Part shown: positions 26,858 through 39,500 of the stretch, piece by piece | How positions within the stretch are numbered: the stretch's first letter is position 1 | Layout: every line of letters starts with the position of its first letter | Source: an uncultured Anaerolineales bacterium | GTDB lineage: Bacteria > Chloroflexota > Anaerolineae > B4-G1 | Assembly: GCA_964575455.1 (NCBI GenBank) | Contig: CAZNRX010000016.1 | Coordinates: 445 to 64,444, forward strand | Direction of reading: 5' to 3' | Length of the DNA: 64,000 bases | The notes under the pieces: generated by a model | Told to the model about the DNA's origin: nothing | Seen by the model: the letters and a program-made list of their open reading frames with translations, nothing else | The model's database searches: none | Program-made: the position numbers and the translations under genes

Positions 26858-26890
26858 TGAGCCCATCAGTTGGGGGTCTCTTTCTGTGCT
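26851..26890 (+). terminator. intrinsic terminator or attenuator hairpin
   Basis: CCCCAACUGA-GCCCA-UCAGUUGGGG (10 bp perfect stem) followed by UCUCUUUCUGUG. Confidence 0.5.
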
Positions 26891-27018
26891 ACACTCATCT
26901 TGAGTGGCGAGTGGTTGACGGGTGCGACTGCTTGGTGGCTTGGGCGATATCGCCAAGGCGGTCTCCGCCCATCGACCCCTGGCCAGACGCATAGCGAGTA
27001 ACAGTCTGGAGGCTTGCG

Positions 27019-28296
27019 GTGGCGCAAACGACCCTTTTCTACCGTTTTGGTGCGGCGCTGGCCATCGGCGTGCTGATTGGGCTGCAGCGAGAGTATGCCT
27101 ACGGGGGCTCCGATGAGGAGCTGTTCGCGGGCGTACGCACGTTTCCCTTGATCAGCTTGCTGGGCTGTACGGGCGCGTTGATGGCGGATGAGCTGTCGAA
27201 TCCCTGGGGGCTGATTGGGCTCCTTCTGCCGATGGGGGCCTTGATCCTTGCCGCTCACTTCGTTGGGGCGTGGCGAGGTGGGGATATGGGTCTGACGACC
27301 GAGATGGCGACGCTACTGGCGTTCGCCGCTGGTGCGCTCTGCTACTGGAGCTACCTTCCATTGGCGGCGGCGGTTGGCGTGGCGGCGACGGTGCTTCTGT
27401 CGCTGAAGCCGGAGATGCACGCTTTCGCGCAACGGATCACGCGAGAGGACATCTACGCGACGCTGAAGTTCGCCGTGATCACGGTGATTGTCCTGCCATT
27501 GCTGCCGGACCGCGGTTTCGGGCCGCCGCCGCTGGATGTGGTCAACCCCCACGAGATCTGGCTGATGGTGGTTCTCATCTCCGGCATCAGCTTCCTGGGT
27601 TACGTGCTGATCAAGCTCGTCGGGCCGCGGCAGGGTATCAGCCTGACCGGGCTCCTGGGTGGTCTCGTATCGAGCACGCCAGTGACCCTGAGTTTCTCGG
27701 AGCGTAGTCAAAAGGAGAAGGAGCTGGGAAAGCCGTTTGCCCTGGCCATCGTTGTGGCCTGGTCCATGACCTATCTGCGCGTGCTCGTGGAGGTGGCGAC
27801 GCTGAACGGCCAGCTGCTCCGAAAGCTCTGGCCGCCCATGATCGCCGCGTCCCTGGTGGGTCTGGCGTACGGGGCCTATCTCTACCTCTCACAGCCTACG
27901 AGGGAGGAGGGAGAGGTTCCGTTCTCCAACCCATTTGAGCTCGGGACAGCGCTCAAGTTTGGACTGCTCTACGCGGTCGTCCTGGTGGTCTCTAAGGCCG
28001 CCGGCGTCTACACAGGGGACGCTGGGGTCTATCTTTCTAGCTTTATCGCCGGCCTTCCCGACGCAGACGCCGTCACGCTATCCATAGCGCAGTTGACGGG
28101 CCGAGCCGGTGGCCAGGCAGAAGCGGGACTAACGGTCACTACAGGCGCTCGTGCTATCGTGATTGGGGCGATGGCGAACACGTTGGCAAAGGGGGGGATC
28201 GTCCTTGGGACGGGCGCGGCCGAACTGAAGCGAGCGATACTGCCGGGTATGGTGCTCATGCTGATCACCGGCGCGGGCGTTGCCTTCCTTATGTAG
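27019..28296 (+). CDS. MgtC/SapB family membrane protein with DUF4010 domain
   Basis: N-terminal MgtC-like TM region (LIGLQREY) plus a C-terminal DUF4010-type multi-TM region. Confidence 0.75.
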   Translation: MAQTTLFYRFGAALAIGVLIGLQREYAYGGSDEELFAGVRTFPLISLLGCTGALMADELSNPWGLIGLLLPMGALILAAHFVGAWRGGDMGLTTEMATLLAFAAGALCYWSYLPLAAAVGVAATVLLSLKPEMHAFAQRITREDIYATLKFAVITVIVLPLLPDRGFGPPPLDVVNPHEIWLMVVLISGISFLGYVLIKLVGPRQGISLTGLLGGLVSSTPVTLSFSERSQKEKELGKPFALAIVVAWSMTYLRVLVEVATLNGQLLRKLWPPMIAASLVGLAYGAYLYLSQPTREEGEVPFSNPFELGTALKFGLLYAVVLVVSKAAGVYTGDAGVYLSSFIAGLPDADAVTLSIAQLTGRAGGQAEAGLTVTTGARAIVIGAMANTLAKGGIVLGTGAAELKRAILPGMVLMLITGAGVAFLM

Positions 28297-28321
28297 CTGA
28301 TTCGTCGAAAGGAGATGAGCC

Positions 28322-29578
28322 ATGGAGAACAGACGTTTTGTACTATTTGCCGGACTGGGCTGCGCGGCGGCGATTCTAATCGGAGCCGCGGTTGTCGTAG
28401 CCCTTCTATTCGTCCCCGTGCAGGTGGGCCGGTTGGTTGGAGGGGAGAGTGAAGAGGCCACTCTATCCGTGTCGGAGGTGACGCGGGAGGTGGCGGAAGC
28501 GGTCCCCACCCTGACGCCAGTGCCTGAGGCGTCGGAGAGCGATGAAGGCTCCGCGGGGGAGGCGGAGCCCCCGCTGGATGGACCCCCATCCATTGCCCCG
28601 CGCGCTCTGTCGTCCTTGTATGAGGAGACGATTCCGGGTGTGGTCAACATCCGCGTCTACGTCGAGCAGGGAGGCATGACGGGGCAGGGCGCTGGATCGG
28701 GATTCGTCATCGACGATGCAGGGCATATTGTGACCAACAACCACGTGGTGGCACGGGCCGCGGTGGTCACCGTGATCTTCTACGATGGGTACGAGGCGAA
28801 GGCGGAGATCGTCGGTACCGATGCAGACAGCGATCTGGCCGTCGTCAAAGCAGACGAGGTGCCGGAGGGGGTGCGCCCTCTGCGGCTGGCCGAGTCGGAT
28901 ACCGTGAGGCCGGGCGACTGGGTGGTTGCGATCGGCAACCCGTTCAGCCTGGGCGGCAGCATGTCTCTGGGCATCGTGAGCGCCGTGGGGCGGGCGATCC
29001 CCACCGCCGAGACGCCATTCAGCATCCCCCAGGCGATCCAGACCGACGCGGCCATCAACCCGGGGAACTCGGGAGGCCCCCTGCTCAACCTGGAAGGTCA
29101 GGTGGTTGGGGTCAACGCGCAGATTGCGTCGAGCTCGGGCACGAACAGCGGCGTAGGATTTGCGATTCCCTCTGACGTTGTGCGCCGGGTGACGCCGGCC
29201 TTGATCGAAGAGGGCGCCTACACCTGGCCGTGGGTCGGCGTGCAGGGAGGGCCGGTCAACCTGCTGGTGAAGGAGGCGAATGACCTTGGCACACAGGAGG
29301 GCGCCTACATCGCCGTGGTCGTGGAGAACAGCCCTGCTGCTGAAGCCGGTCTACAGGGCGCCACCGGCGAGCGATCCGTCCTGGGTCAAGACGTCCCCGT
29401 CGGTGGTGACGTCATTGTGGAAGCGGACGGGCAACGTATCCGGGACTTCACGGATCTGCTGGCCTACGTGGCGTTCAAGCGGCCTGGCGACGCTATCGAG
29501 TTGACGATCCTGCGGGATGGGGAGCGTCAGCAGCTGACCCTGGAGTTGGCCGCGCGGCCGGAGGAACTGAGCCCGTGA
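28322..29578 (+). CDS. HtrA/DegP-family trypsin-like serine protease with PDZ domain
   Basis: N-terminal TM anchor; catalytic triad context (TNNHVV, DSDLAV, GNSGGPL); C-terminal PDZ. Confidence 0.9.
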   Translation: MENRRFVLFAGLGCAAAILIGAAVVVALLFVPVQVGRLVGGESEEATLSVSEVTREVAEAVPTLTPVPEASESDEGSAGEAEPPLDGPPSIAPRALSSLYEETIPGVVNIRVYVEQGGMTGQGAGSGFVIDDAGHIVTNNHVVARAAVVTVIFYDGYEAKAEIVGTDADSDLAVVKADEVPEGVRPLRLAESDTVRPGDWVVAIGNPFSLGGSMSLGIVSAVGRAIPTAETPFSIPQAIQTDAAINPGNSGGPLLNLEGQVVGVNAQIASSSGTNSGVGFAIPSDVVRRVTPALIEEGAYTWPWVGVQGGPVNLLVKEANDLGTQEGAYIAVVVENSPAAEAGLQGATGERSVLGQDVPVGGDVIVEADGQRIRDFTDLLAYVAFKRPGDAIELTILRDGERQQLTLELAARPEELSP

Positions 29579-29603
29579 TGTAAGGGTGAGGGGAGAATGG
29601 GCG

Positions 29604-30590
29604 ATGATTGATCAAATACTCGTCCCGCTGGATGGATCGTCTCTGGCGGAGTGTGTCCTCCCGCACGTGGTGGCCGTCGGGCGAGCCATGGAGGCGCAGG
29701 TGACGCTGCTGCGGGCTGTGGTGCGGGAACCGAGCCCGCAGTCTAGCGCTGTCGATCCGCTGAGATGGCACATGCGGAAGTCAGAGGCGGATTCCTACCT
29801 GCGCGAGGTGGCGGCGCGGCTGCGAGACACAGGGCTGGAGACCAAGTCCGTGCTGGCGGAGGGAAGGGCGCCCGAGCGCATCCTGGGGTACGCACGGGAA
29901 GAGGACGTTGGGCTCATCATCGTCAGCAGCCACGGCGAGAGCGGCCTGAGTCAGTGGAACATCAACAGCGTGGTGCAGAAGGTGATCCTGCAGGCCTATG
30001 CGCCGATCATGATCGTGAGAGCCTATGAGTGGACTGTAAGCGCAGCGACGTCACCCCAGCCGTCCACCGAGGAGCTGACCGAAACACGTTATGAGAGGGT
30101 GCTTCTGCCACTCGACGGCTCTCAGCGGGCCGAATGCACGCTGCCGTGGGCGAGCAGCCTGGCTGACTTCCACGGGTGCAAGCTGCTGCTGGCTCACGCA
30201 GTAAGGAGGCCGGAGGTTCCGCGTCGTGCCCCGTTGACGGAGGAGGAGAGCGAACTGGCGGAGCGGCTCACAGCCCTCAACCGAGAGCAAGGGGAGGCGT
30301 ACCTTCAGGATCTGAAGGCGCGTCTCGGCTCGGCTGCGGCGGAGTCGCGTCTGCTGGTGAGCGATGACCCGGCCAGAGCGCTACACGACGTGGTCGACGA
30401 GGATGACGTCGATCTGGTGGTGATGGCGGCCCATGGCTACTCCGGTGAGACGAGATGGCCCTACGGAAGCATAGCGTTGAACTTCATCGCTTACGGCTCC
30501 AAGCCACTGTTGATGATCCAAGACATACCCCCCGAAGAGGCGGAGACAACGGCAGCTGAGAGGGCGGCCAGTGAATACGCGGGACACTGA
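29604..30590 (+). CDS. tandem universal stress protein (2x UspA domains)
   Basis: Two USP domains (ILVPLDGS... and VLLPLDGS...), each with a G-x2-G-x9-GS ATP-binding-like motif. Confidence 0.8.
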   Translation: MIDQILVPLDGSSLAECVLPHVVAVGRAMEAQVTLLRAVVREPSPQSSAVDPLRWHMRKSEADSYLREVAARLRDTGLETKSVLAEGRAPERILGYAREEDVGLIIVSSHGESGLSQWNINSVVQKVILQAYAPIMIVRAYEWTVSAATSPQPSTEELTETRYERVLLPLDGSQRAECTLPWASSLADFHGCKLLLAHAVRRPEVPRRAPLTEEESELAERLTALNREQGEAYLQDLKARLGSAAAESRLLVSDDPARALHDVVDEDDVDLVVMAAHGYSGETRWPYGSIALNFIAYGSKPLLMIQDIPPEEAETTAAERAASEYAGH

Positions 30591-33500
30591 TCCGCGCGTG
30601 GAGGATCGGGCACGTCAACTGGCCGAGAGGCATAAAGCCACGCGCGGTTCTGGCGTCTCGACCCGAGGGCCCGGGCTAGACCGCCTGTCGACCGATTTGC
30701 TGAAGCGTCTCCCCGTGATCGAGCGGGTGCTCCGCGAGGCCTACACGGGCTTTGCCAGCGATGCCTTTGGCAGCGCGGTGCCCGAGGAACGGGGTACCCT
30801 GTCGGGCGTGGCCGAATGGGTCCTGGACAACTACTATGTGATCCAGAAGGCGATCCGGCAGATTGGGGAGAACATGCCGCGGGGCTACTACCGCCGGCTC
30901 CCCAAGCTCGTCGGCACAGACGACCGCTCACCCTTGAGCGGTTACCCTCGGGTGTACGCTGTGGCCCGAGAGATCATCCGCATCGCAGAAGGCCAGGTCG
31001 ACGTCGACCGCGTGCGGCGCTTCATCCGCGCATATCAGGAGGTCCGGCCCCTGACCATGGGGGAAATCTGGGCCCTGCCGACGATGCTGCGCCTGAGCCT
31101 GGTGGAGCTTCTGGCGTGGACCGTTGGTGGCGCAGCAGGGCTTGAGATCCCCATCAATGAGGAGCCGTTTCCCGGGCCAGTGGAGCTCGAGAACAAAGGC
31201 GACGAGGCCATCGTGGCCGGCGTCATCAACAGCTTGCGCGCCATTGACGACCACGAATGGGATGACTTCTTCGAGGCCACGAGCCTGGTGGAGGAGACGC
31301 TTCGCCTGGACCCTGCAGACGTCTACCCAGAGATGGACTTCGACAGCCGCGATCGCTACCGCGGCGTGGTCGAGAAGCTGGCGCGGGAGACGGATCAGTC
31401 CGAGCAGGAGGTGGCGCGAGCGGCGCTCCGCCTAGCCCGGAGACGGGCCGCCCGTCCTCGGGCCGCCCGCCCTCGGGCCGAGCACGTCGGTTTCTATCTG
31501 GTGGGCCGCGGGCGGGCGCAGCTTGAGGAGGCTGTCGGCTTTCGACCGGGGCTGTTGGAGCAGGCGCGCCGCTGGGTGTTCGGGCACCCCACACCGGTCT
31601 ATCTCGGCAGCATCGCCGTCATAACCGGGCTCGTCTTGGCCGGGGTACTGCTGTACGCGCACGGTGCTGCCGGGGGTGGGCAGCCCGCGGTCGGGCTGGG
31701 GGCTCTGGCGGCCGTCGCGCTGCTGACCCTTCTGCCGGCGTCGATTGTGGGCGTCAACCTCACAAACATGGTCATCACGCGCGCGGTGCCGCCGCGGGTG
31801 TTGCCCAAGCTCGATTTCAGCGACGGGATACCTGCTGACTATCGTACGATGGTCGTGATCCCGGCCCTGTTGAGCAGCGACGACGAGGTGGACTTCCTGC
31901 TGCGGCAGCTGGAGCTGCACTACCAGGGGAACGCTGACCCTCAGCTGGGGTTTGCGCTTCTGAGTGACTTCGCTGACGCGCCACAGAAACAGATGCCAGA
32001 GGATGAGCACCTGCTGCAGCGGGCCAGGGAGGGCATTCGACGCCTCAATCGCACGTACGGCAAGGGGGGGCGTGCTGAGGGTGCTGAGGGGCCGTTTCCA
32101 CCGCGAGAGACTCTGGAATCCCAAGGAGTCGTGCTGGATGGGGTGGGAGCGGAAGCGCGGCAAGCTGGTCGAGTTCAACCGCCTGCTGCGAGGCGAGCAT
32201 GAGACGTCGTACGTGGTGAAGATGGGCAATCTCGATTTCCTCCCCGAGGTGACGTACGTGATCACCCTGGATGCGGACACGGTCTTCCCACTGGACAGCG
32301 GGCATCGGTTGGTTGGCACCATGGCCCATCCACTGAATCAGGCTGAGTTCGACGCAGATGGAGCGGGCGGCCCGACAACGGGCGGCCCGACAACGGGCGG
32401 CCCGTATTCGGGCTATACGGTCCTCCAGCCGCGGACGGAGGTCAAGCCCACGGCAGTCACCCGCACCTGGTTCAGCAGGATCTTCGCGGGCGATGCAGGT
32501 CTGGATCTCTACACGCGCGCTGTCTCCGACGTCTATCAGGACTTCTTCGGTGAGGGGATCTACATCGGTAAGGGCATCTACGATGTGGATGCCTTTGAGC
32601 GCAGCCTGCGTGGGCGGGTGCCTGAGAACGCCCTGCTGAGTCACGACCTCTTCGAGGGCATCCACGGTCGGGCTGCCCTGGTGACGGACGTGGTGCTCTT
32701 TGAGGACTACCCCCCGACCTATCTGAGCTATGCACACCGAAAGCACCGTTGGGTGCGGGGTGACTGGCAGATTCTGCCCTGGCTCTTCCCGAGGGTGCCT
32801 CACGCCGGTGAAGGGACGATTCCCAACCCGCTCTCGGTTCTCGATCGCTGGAAGAGCTTCGACAACCTGCGGCGCAGCTTGCGCGCGCCCGCGCTCTTCG
32901 CCTTGCTCGTGGCCGGCTGGGTCTGCCTGCCTGGGTCGCCGCTGGTCTGGACGCTGATCGCGGTGGTGGCGTCTGGGCTGCCACTGGTCACGGGTGCGGT
33001 CACGGAGATGGCACGCCGTCTGGGAGGCGGACAGTCAGCTCCGGCCTCGTCGACGTTCTGGGAGCGGATGGGAAAGGAGGCTGCGCGCTGGCTGCTGAGC
33101 ATCGTATTCTTGCCCTACGAGTCGATTCTGATGGGCGACGCCGTTGTGACCACGCTGGTGCGTCTAACGATCAGCCGCAAGCGACTGCTGCAGTGGACGA
33201 CGGCCGCTCACACTGTGCGTCTCTTTGGGCGTGAGTCGAAGATAAAGTTGCTCTGGCAGGAGATGAGCGGTGGGCCGGTCCTGGGGCTCATGGTCGCGGT
33301 CGCGCTGGCCTTGTTCCGGCCCATGGTACTGCCCCTCGCTGCGCCGTTCCTTCTGTGCTGGCTGGTCTCCCCTCTGGTGGCGGCCCGCATCAGCCAGCCG
33401 GTGGAGGAAGAGGAGGCGTCGCTTTCCGGCGCTGAGCGTCGACGGCTGCGGCTTCTGGCCCGCCGCACGTGGCTGTATTTTGAGCGCTTCGTCGGCCCGG

Positions 33501-36500
33501 ACGATCATTGGCTGCCCCCCGATCATTTCCAGGAGGAGCCGCAGGGGAGGGTGGCGCACCGCACGTCCCCAACCAACATCGGACTGATGCTCCTCTCCTC
33601 TCTCGCTGCCTATGATCTGGGCTACATCGGGCTGATGGAGCTGTCGCTCCGCACGAGCGATGCCTTTGACAGCATGGATGAGCTTGAGAGGTACCGGGGC
33701 CACCTGCTGAACTGGTACGACACCAGAACCCTGGATTCGCTGGCCCCGCGCTACGTCTCCACGGTGGACAGCGGGAACCTGGCGGCGTGTCTGATTGCGC
33801 TTGGGCAGGGGCTGGAGCAGCTGGAGCAGGAGCGCATCCTGCGCTGGCAGCGTTGGCGAGGGCTGTGCGATGCGTTGGATGTGTTGAAGCAGATCATCAG
33901 GGCCGCGGAGCAGGGGGTGGACGCTGCTGCTCAGGAGGAGATTGAGCGTGCAGCCGCGGATCTGAGTCAATGGATCGACCGGATGCGCGAGAGGGTGCTC
34001 GCTGTGAGGGAGGAGCAGGAGCGTTGGATCCCTCTGCTCGCGGAGCTTGAAGAGGAGGTCGCCGAAGGCCTCAACCGACGGCTCCAGGCGCTGCTCGATG
34101 CAGGCTCAGGGATCCTGGGCACTGCGACCCTGCGCGATCTCCGGCTCTGGTCGGAGAGGCTTCACCTGCATCTGCGTGACTTGCGCAAGGGTATAGAGAG
34201 AGCTCTGCCCTGGGTCTTCCTGCTGAACGATCCCCCGCAGGTTCTCGTCAGTGAGCGATCCGAGGAGCTGACCCCAGCTATCGCTGAGGCGTGGCGAGGG
34301 ATTGAGGAGGCGCTGCCGCTCGATCCGCGCCTGGGGGAGATAAGCGCCGTCTGTCGCAGGGCTCGAGAGGAGCTGGAGGAGCTCCGGCAGCTGCTGAAGG
34401 AGGAGCTTGCGTCGCTGGACAGGGAGCAAGAGCCCGATCTCGTCGGTCAGCTGAAGGACGCCCTTGATTGGTCCGAGGAGCTGGATCAAGCCCTGGCGTC
34501 GGCCCGGATGACGGCTGGCGGCATGATGATCGGCCTTGACGATCTGATACAGCGGGCTGAGGCCTACGTTGACGACATGGCTTTCGGCTTCCTGTACGAT
34601 GATCGCCGGGACGTGTTCCACATTGGCTACCAGGTGGACAGCGAACAGCTGGATCGCAATCACTACGACCTGCTTGCTTCGGAGGCGCGCATTGCGAGCA
34701 TCGTGGCCATCAGCAAGCGGGAGGTCCCACAGGGCCACTGGCTGCACCTGAACCGTCCTCTTTCTCGCGTCGACGGGCTGCGCACGCTGCTCTCGTGGGG
34801 CGGGTCGATGTTCGAGTACCTGATGCCGGACCTGATGATGCGCAGGTATGAGGAGACGCTGCTCAACCAGGCGAACCGGGCCGCCGTGCGTCGCCAGATC
34901 GCCTATGGAGATGAGAAGGGCGTCCCCTGGGGGGTCTCCGAGTCGGGTTACTATCGTTTTGATGCGCAGCTGAACTACCAGTACCGGGGATTTGGCGTGC
35001 CCGGCCTGGGGCGGAAGCGAGGGCTGGGCGACGATCTGGTGATCGCCCCGTACGCCTCGCTGCTGGCCGTGGACGTGGCGCCGGAGGAGGTGTTGGAGAA
35101 CATCGACCTGCTGATTGAGCAGGGAATGCAGGGCCACTATGGTTTGTACGAAGCGCTGGACTACACAGCGTCGCGCCTGCCGATGGGGCAGAGGCGGGCC
35201 ATTGTGCGCTCCTACATGGCCCACCATCAAGGAATGATCATGGTGGCTCTATCTAACTACCTCAACGACCACGACATTGTGAATCGATTCCATCACGATC
35301 CCCGCATTCAGAGCGTGGAGTTCTTGCTTCAGGAACAGGTCCCCGGCCAGGCTCCGCTTGAGGAGGTGCCGGAGGAAAGCGTGGGCATCGAGCGGCTGCA
35401 GCGCGAGCGGGTGGAGCTTGAGCCCTGGTCCGTGCCAACCGACGCTCCCATGCCTCAGGTTCACTTCCTGTCCAACGGTCGCTACGGCTCGCTGATCACA
35501 GAGGCTGGCGCTGGCTACAGCACCTACTCTCCCAGGCGATCGGGCGCGGGGGAGACGGTGGCCCTGACCCGTTGGCGGGCGGACACCACGCGCGACTGCT
35601 GGGGGACGTGGATCTACGTGCAGGACCTGCACATGCAGGATCTGCACATGCAGGATCTGCACATGCAGGATCTGCACATGCAGGATCTGGAGGGCGGTCG
35701 CCCCGGTGAATCAGGCCTGTGGTCCGTGACCGAGCAGCCGACCCATGCGCGTGCGGACGACCAGCTGGCCCGGTTCTATCCCCATCGGGCCGAGTTCCGG
35801 CGGCGGTATGGCGATATCACCCTGCACACGGAGATCGTCGTGGCGCCGGAGGAGGACGTCGAGATTCGGCGCGTCAGCCTGATGAATCACGGCGATGAGG
35901 CTCGGCGTCTGCGGGTCAGCAGCTACGCGGAGGTGGCGCTCGCGGCTCAAGACAGAGACCGGCGACATCCGGCGTTCAACAAGATGTTCATCGAGAGCGA
36001 GCGTCTGTCGGAGGTCAACGCGCTTCTGTTCAAGCGGCGTCCTCGCTCAGCGAGCGACTCGCGTGGATCCGCCATAAGAAGAGTAAGCGAAGCGGCAGCT
36101 GGAGAGCCGTTGTGCATGGCTCATATGCTCGTCACGGCGCCCGGCATGGAGGACACAGGCGCCCACGAGAGCGACCGGGCGCAGTTCATCGGGCGCGGGC
36201 GCACGGCGCGCGAGCCAGCGGCCTTTCGCCGGAGGTACGACGGGCCGCCTGAGGCCGAGTGGTTGTCCGGAACAACGGGAGCTACCCTGGATCCGGTCAT
36301 GGCCTTGGGCCAAGACGTCGAGGTAGAGCCTCACGCGACGGTCGAGCTCGCCTATCTGACGCTGGCTGCGGAGTCGCGGGAGGATGCGATTGCCTTGGCT
36401 CGCCGGTATCAGTCCTGGACGCGCATCGACCGGGCGTTCGATCAGGCCCACGCGCAGAGTGAGTTGGAGCTGCGTAACCTGGATCTCGAGGTCTCTGACG

Positions 36501-39500
36501 TACGGGACATCATGCGGTTGCTCTCGGTGCTGCTGTATCCCCATCGGTCGCTGCGAGCCGATCCACAGACGCTGGCAGCTAACCGGCTGGGCCAGCCTGG
36601 CCTGTGGCGCCATGGCATCTCGGGCGACTACCCGATTCTTCTGGTCCGTATCGCGGATGAGGAGAGGGTGCCCCTGGTGCGCAAGCTGCTGAAGGCTCAC
36701 GCCTATTGGCGCGACCGTCAGCTCAAGGTGGACCTGGTGATCCTCAACGAGAAGGACGTGGGCTACGCCCAGGAGCTGAATGAGCAACTCAACCGCGTCA
36801 TCACTCAGATGGACAGCGACGCCTGGCTCAACCGGCGGGGCGGCATCTTTCTGCTTCGCGGTCATCAGATGGAGGAGGCCGAGAGGGATCTGTTGCTGAC
36901 GGCTGCGCGGGCCGTTCTCGCCGCCGCCGAGGGTTCGCTGCACGATCAACTGCGAGGCCTGTTGCAGGGGCCCAGCCCCTTGCCCGCCTTCCAGCCTACG
37001 GGGATGGTGGGGGAGCGAGAGCCGACGCCGGCCCTGCAGCGGCCAGATGACCTGCAGTTCGACAACGGATTCGGGGGCTTCAGCGCCGACGGGCGCGAGT
37101 ACGTCATCTATCTCGAGTCCGGCTCCGAGGCCAAGGGGCCCGATGCGTGGACGCCGGCCCCGTGGATCAACGTGATAGCGAACCCGGGCTTTGGGTTCCT
37201 GGTCTCCGACACCGGCCTGGGCTACAGCTGGGCTGGCAACAGTGGCGAGAATCGGCTGACGCCCTGGCGGAACGATCCCGTGTCGGACACCCCGGCGGAG
37301 GCGCTGTACCTGCGGGATGAGGAGACGGCGGAGGTCTGGTCGCCGACGCCCCTGCCTGCGGGAGAGGATGCGCCGTACATCGCCCGCCACGGCGCCGGCA
37401 ACTCCGTCTTCGAGCACAACAGCCACGGGTTGGAGCAGCGGCTGCGTCTGTTCGCCGTTCAGGACGCGCCGGTCAAAGTGATTCAGTTGCGCCTGGAGAA
37501 CACGTGGAGTCGAGCGCGGCGGCTGACGGCGACCTTCTTCGCCGAGTGGGTGCTGGGGGTCAGCCGAGACAAGGCGCAGCACTACGTGGTGTCGGAGTAC
37601 GATCCGGAGGCGAGCGGGTTGCTGGCGCGGAACACGTACCATTCGGCGCTCAACGGGCGCGAGGGAAGCGAGGCCGCCGTGGCTTTCCTGGTGACCAGCG
37701 AAGACCTGCACGGCCTGACCGCTGACCGGACGGAGTTCCTGGGGCGGAACGGGGAGATGGGTCACCCAGCGGCGCTGGATCGGGTCGGGTTAGCGAGCCG
37801 TGTGGAGCCGGGGCTCGATCCGTGCGCAGCGGTGCAGATGCACGTGGAGCTGGAGCCCGGCGAGGCGAAGGAGGTCTTCTTCCTGCTGGGGCAGGGTGAG
37901 GATCGCGACCATGCACTCGAGCTCATCGAGCGGTATCGGGATTGTGACGAGGTGGCCGCGGCGTGGGAGGAGGTACGCAGTTGGTGGGACGATCTGCTGA
38001 GCACGGTGACCGTCGATACCCCCGACCCGGCGATGGATGTGCTGCTCAACCGTTGGCTGCTCTACCAGGCGCTGTCCTGCCGCCTGTGGGGACGCTCGGC
38101 CCTCTACCAATCGAGCGGCGCGTTTGGGTTCCGCGACCAGCTGCAGGACGTGATGTCGCTGCTGCACGCTGCCCCAGAGCTCGCTCGGGAGCACATCCTC
38201 CGCGCGGCGCGTCACCAGTTCGAGGAGGGGGACGTCCTTCACTGGTGGCATCCTCCCTCGGGCCGCGGTGTCCGCACGCGTATCAGCGACGACCTGCTCT
38301 GGCTGCCCTACGTCACCGCCGAGTACGTGGAGGCGACGGGCGACGAGGAGATCCTGGATGAGGCGGTGCCCTTCCGTAGGGGCGAGCCCTTGGACGCAGA
38401 GGAGGAGGAGCGGTACGGGCGCTACGAGGTCACGGAGGAGAAGGCCACTCTCTATGAGCACTGCCTGCGCGCTCTGGACAAGGGCTCAACGTCGGGACGT
38501 CACGGCCTGCCGCTCATAGGCGCCGGGGACTGGAACGATGGGCTGAACCGTGTGGGGCTCGAGGGCGAGGGAGAGAGCGTCTGGCTGGGGTGGTTCCTCT
38601 ATGCCACGCTGTCCCGCTTCGCCCAGCAGAGCCGGGATGCCAATCAGGCCGAGACGCTCCGCAAGCGGGCAAAGGGGCTGCAGGAGGCGCTGCGGGAGAG
38701 CGCCTGGGATGGAAACTGGTACATTCGGGCCTTCTACGACGACGGGACGCCCCTCGGCTCCTCACAGAGCGACGAGTGCCAGATCGCCTCGATGGCGCAG
38801 TCCTGGGCTGTCCTCTCCGGGGCGGGGGACGAGGAGCGCCCTGAGCAGGCGATGGCATCCGTCGCCGACCGGCTGGTGCGGAAGGACGACCGGCTTCCGG
38901 TTGGCTTGATGCTCCTCTTCACACCGCCGTTCGATGAGACCCCCCGTGACCCGGGGTACATCAAGGGCTATCCCCCGGGCATCCGAGAGAACGGCGGGCA
39001 GTACACGCACGCAGCGCTCTGGGCTGTGTGGGCCTACGCCGAGCTGGGGCAGGGCGACCGCGCGGGCGAGCTCTTCCAGATGCTCAATCCCATCCGTCAC
39101 AGCGACACGCGCGAGAAGGCGCGACGGTATCGCGTGGAGCCCTACGTCGTCGCAGCCGACGTCTACAGCGCCGACCAGCACCTCGGGCAGGGAGGGTGGA
39201 CCTGGTATACGGGCTCGTCGGGGTGGATGTACCGCCTGGGCCTTGAGGCGATTCTGGGGTTCAGGAGGGAGGGGGATGCGCTGCGCATCGAGCCGTGTAT
39301 TCCAAAGGACTGGTCGGGATATGGGATGACCTACCGACATGGTGAGACGTTGTACCGGATCGAGGTCGAGAATCCCAAGCACGTCAACGAGGGCGTCGAG
39401 AGGATCACTCTGGACGGCGAGGATATCTCGACCAGGCATGGACATGGTCGGGTTCCCCTGCTTGATGATGGGGACCAGCACCAGGTGCGCGTGACGATGG

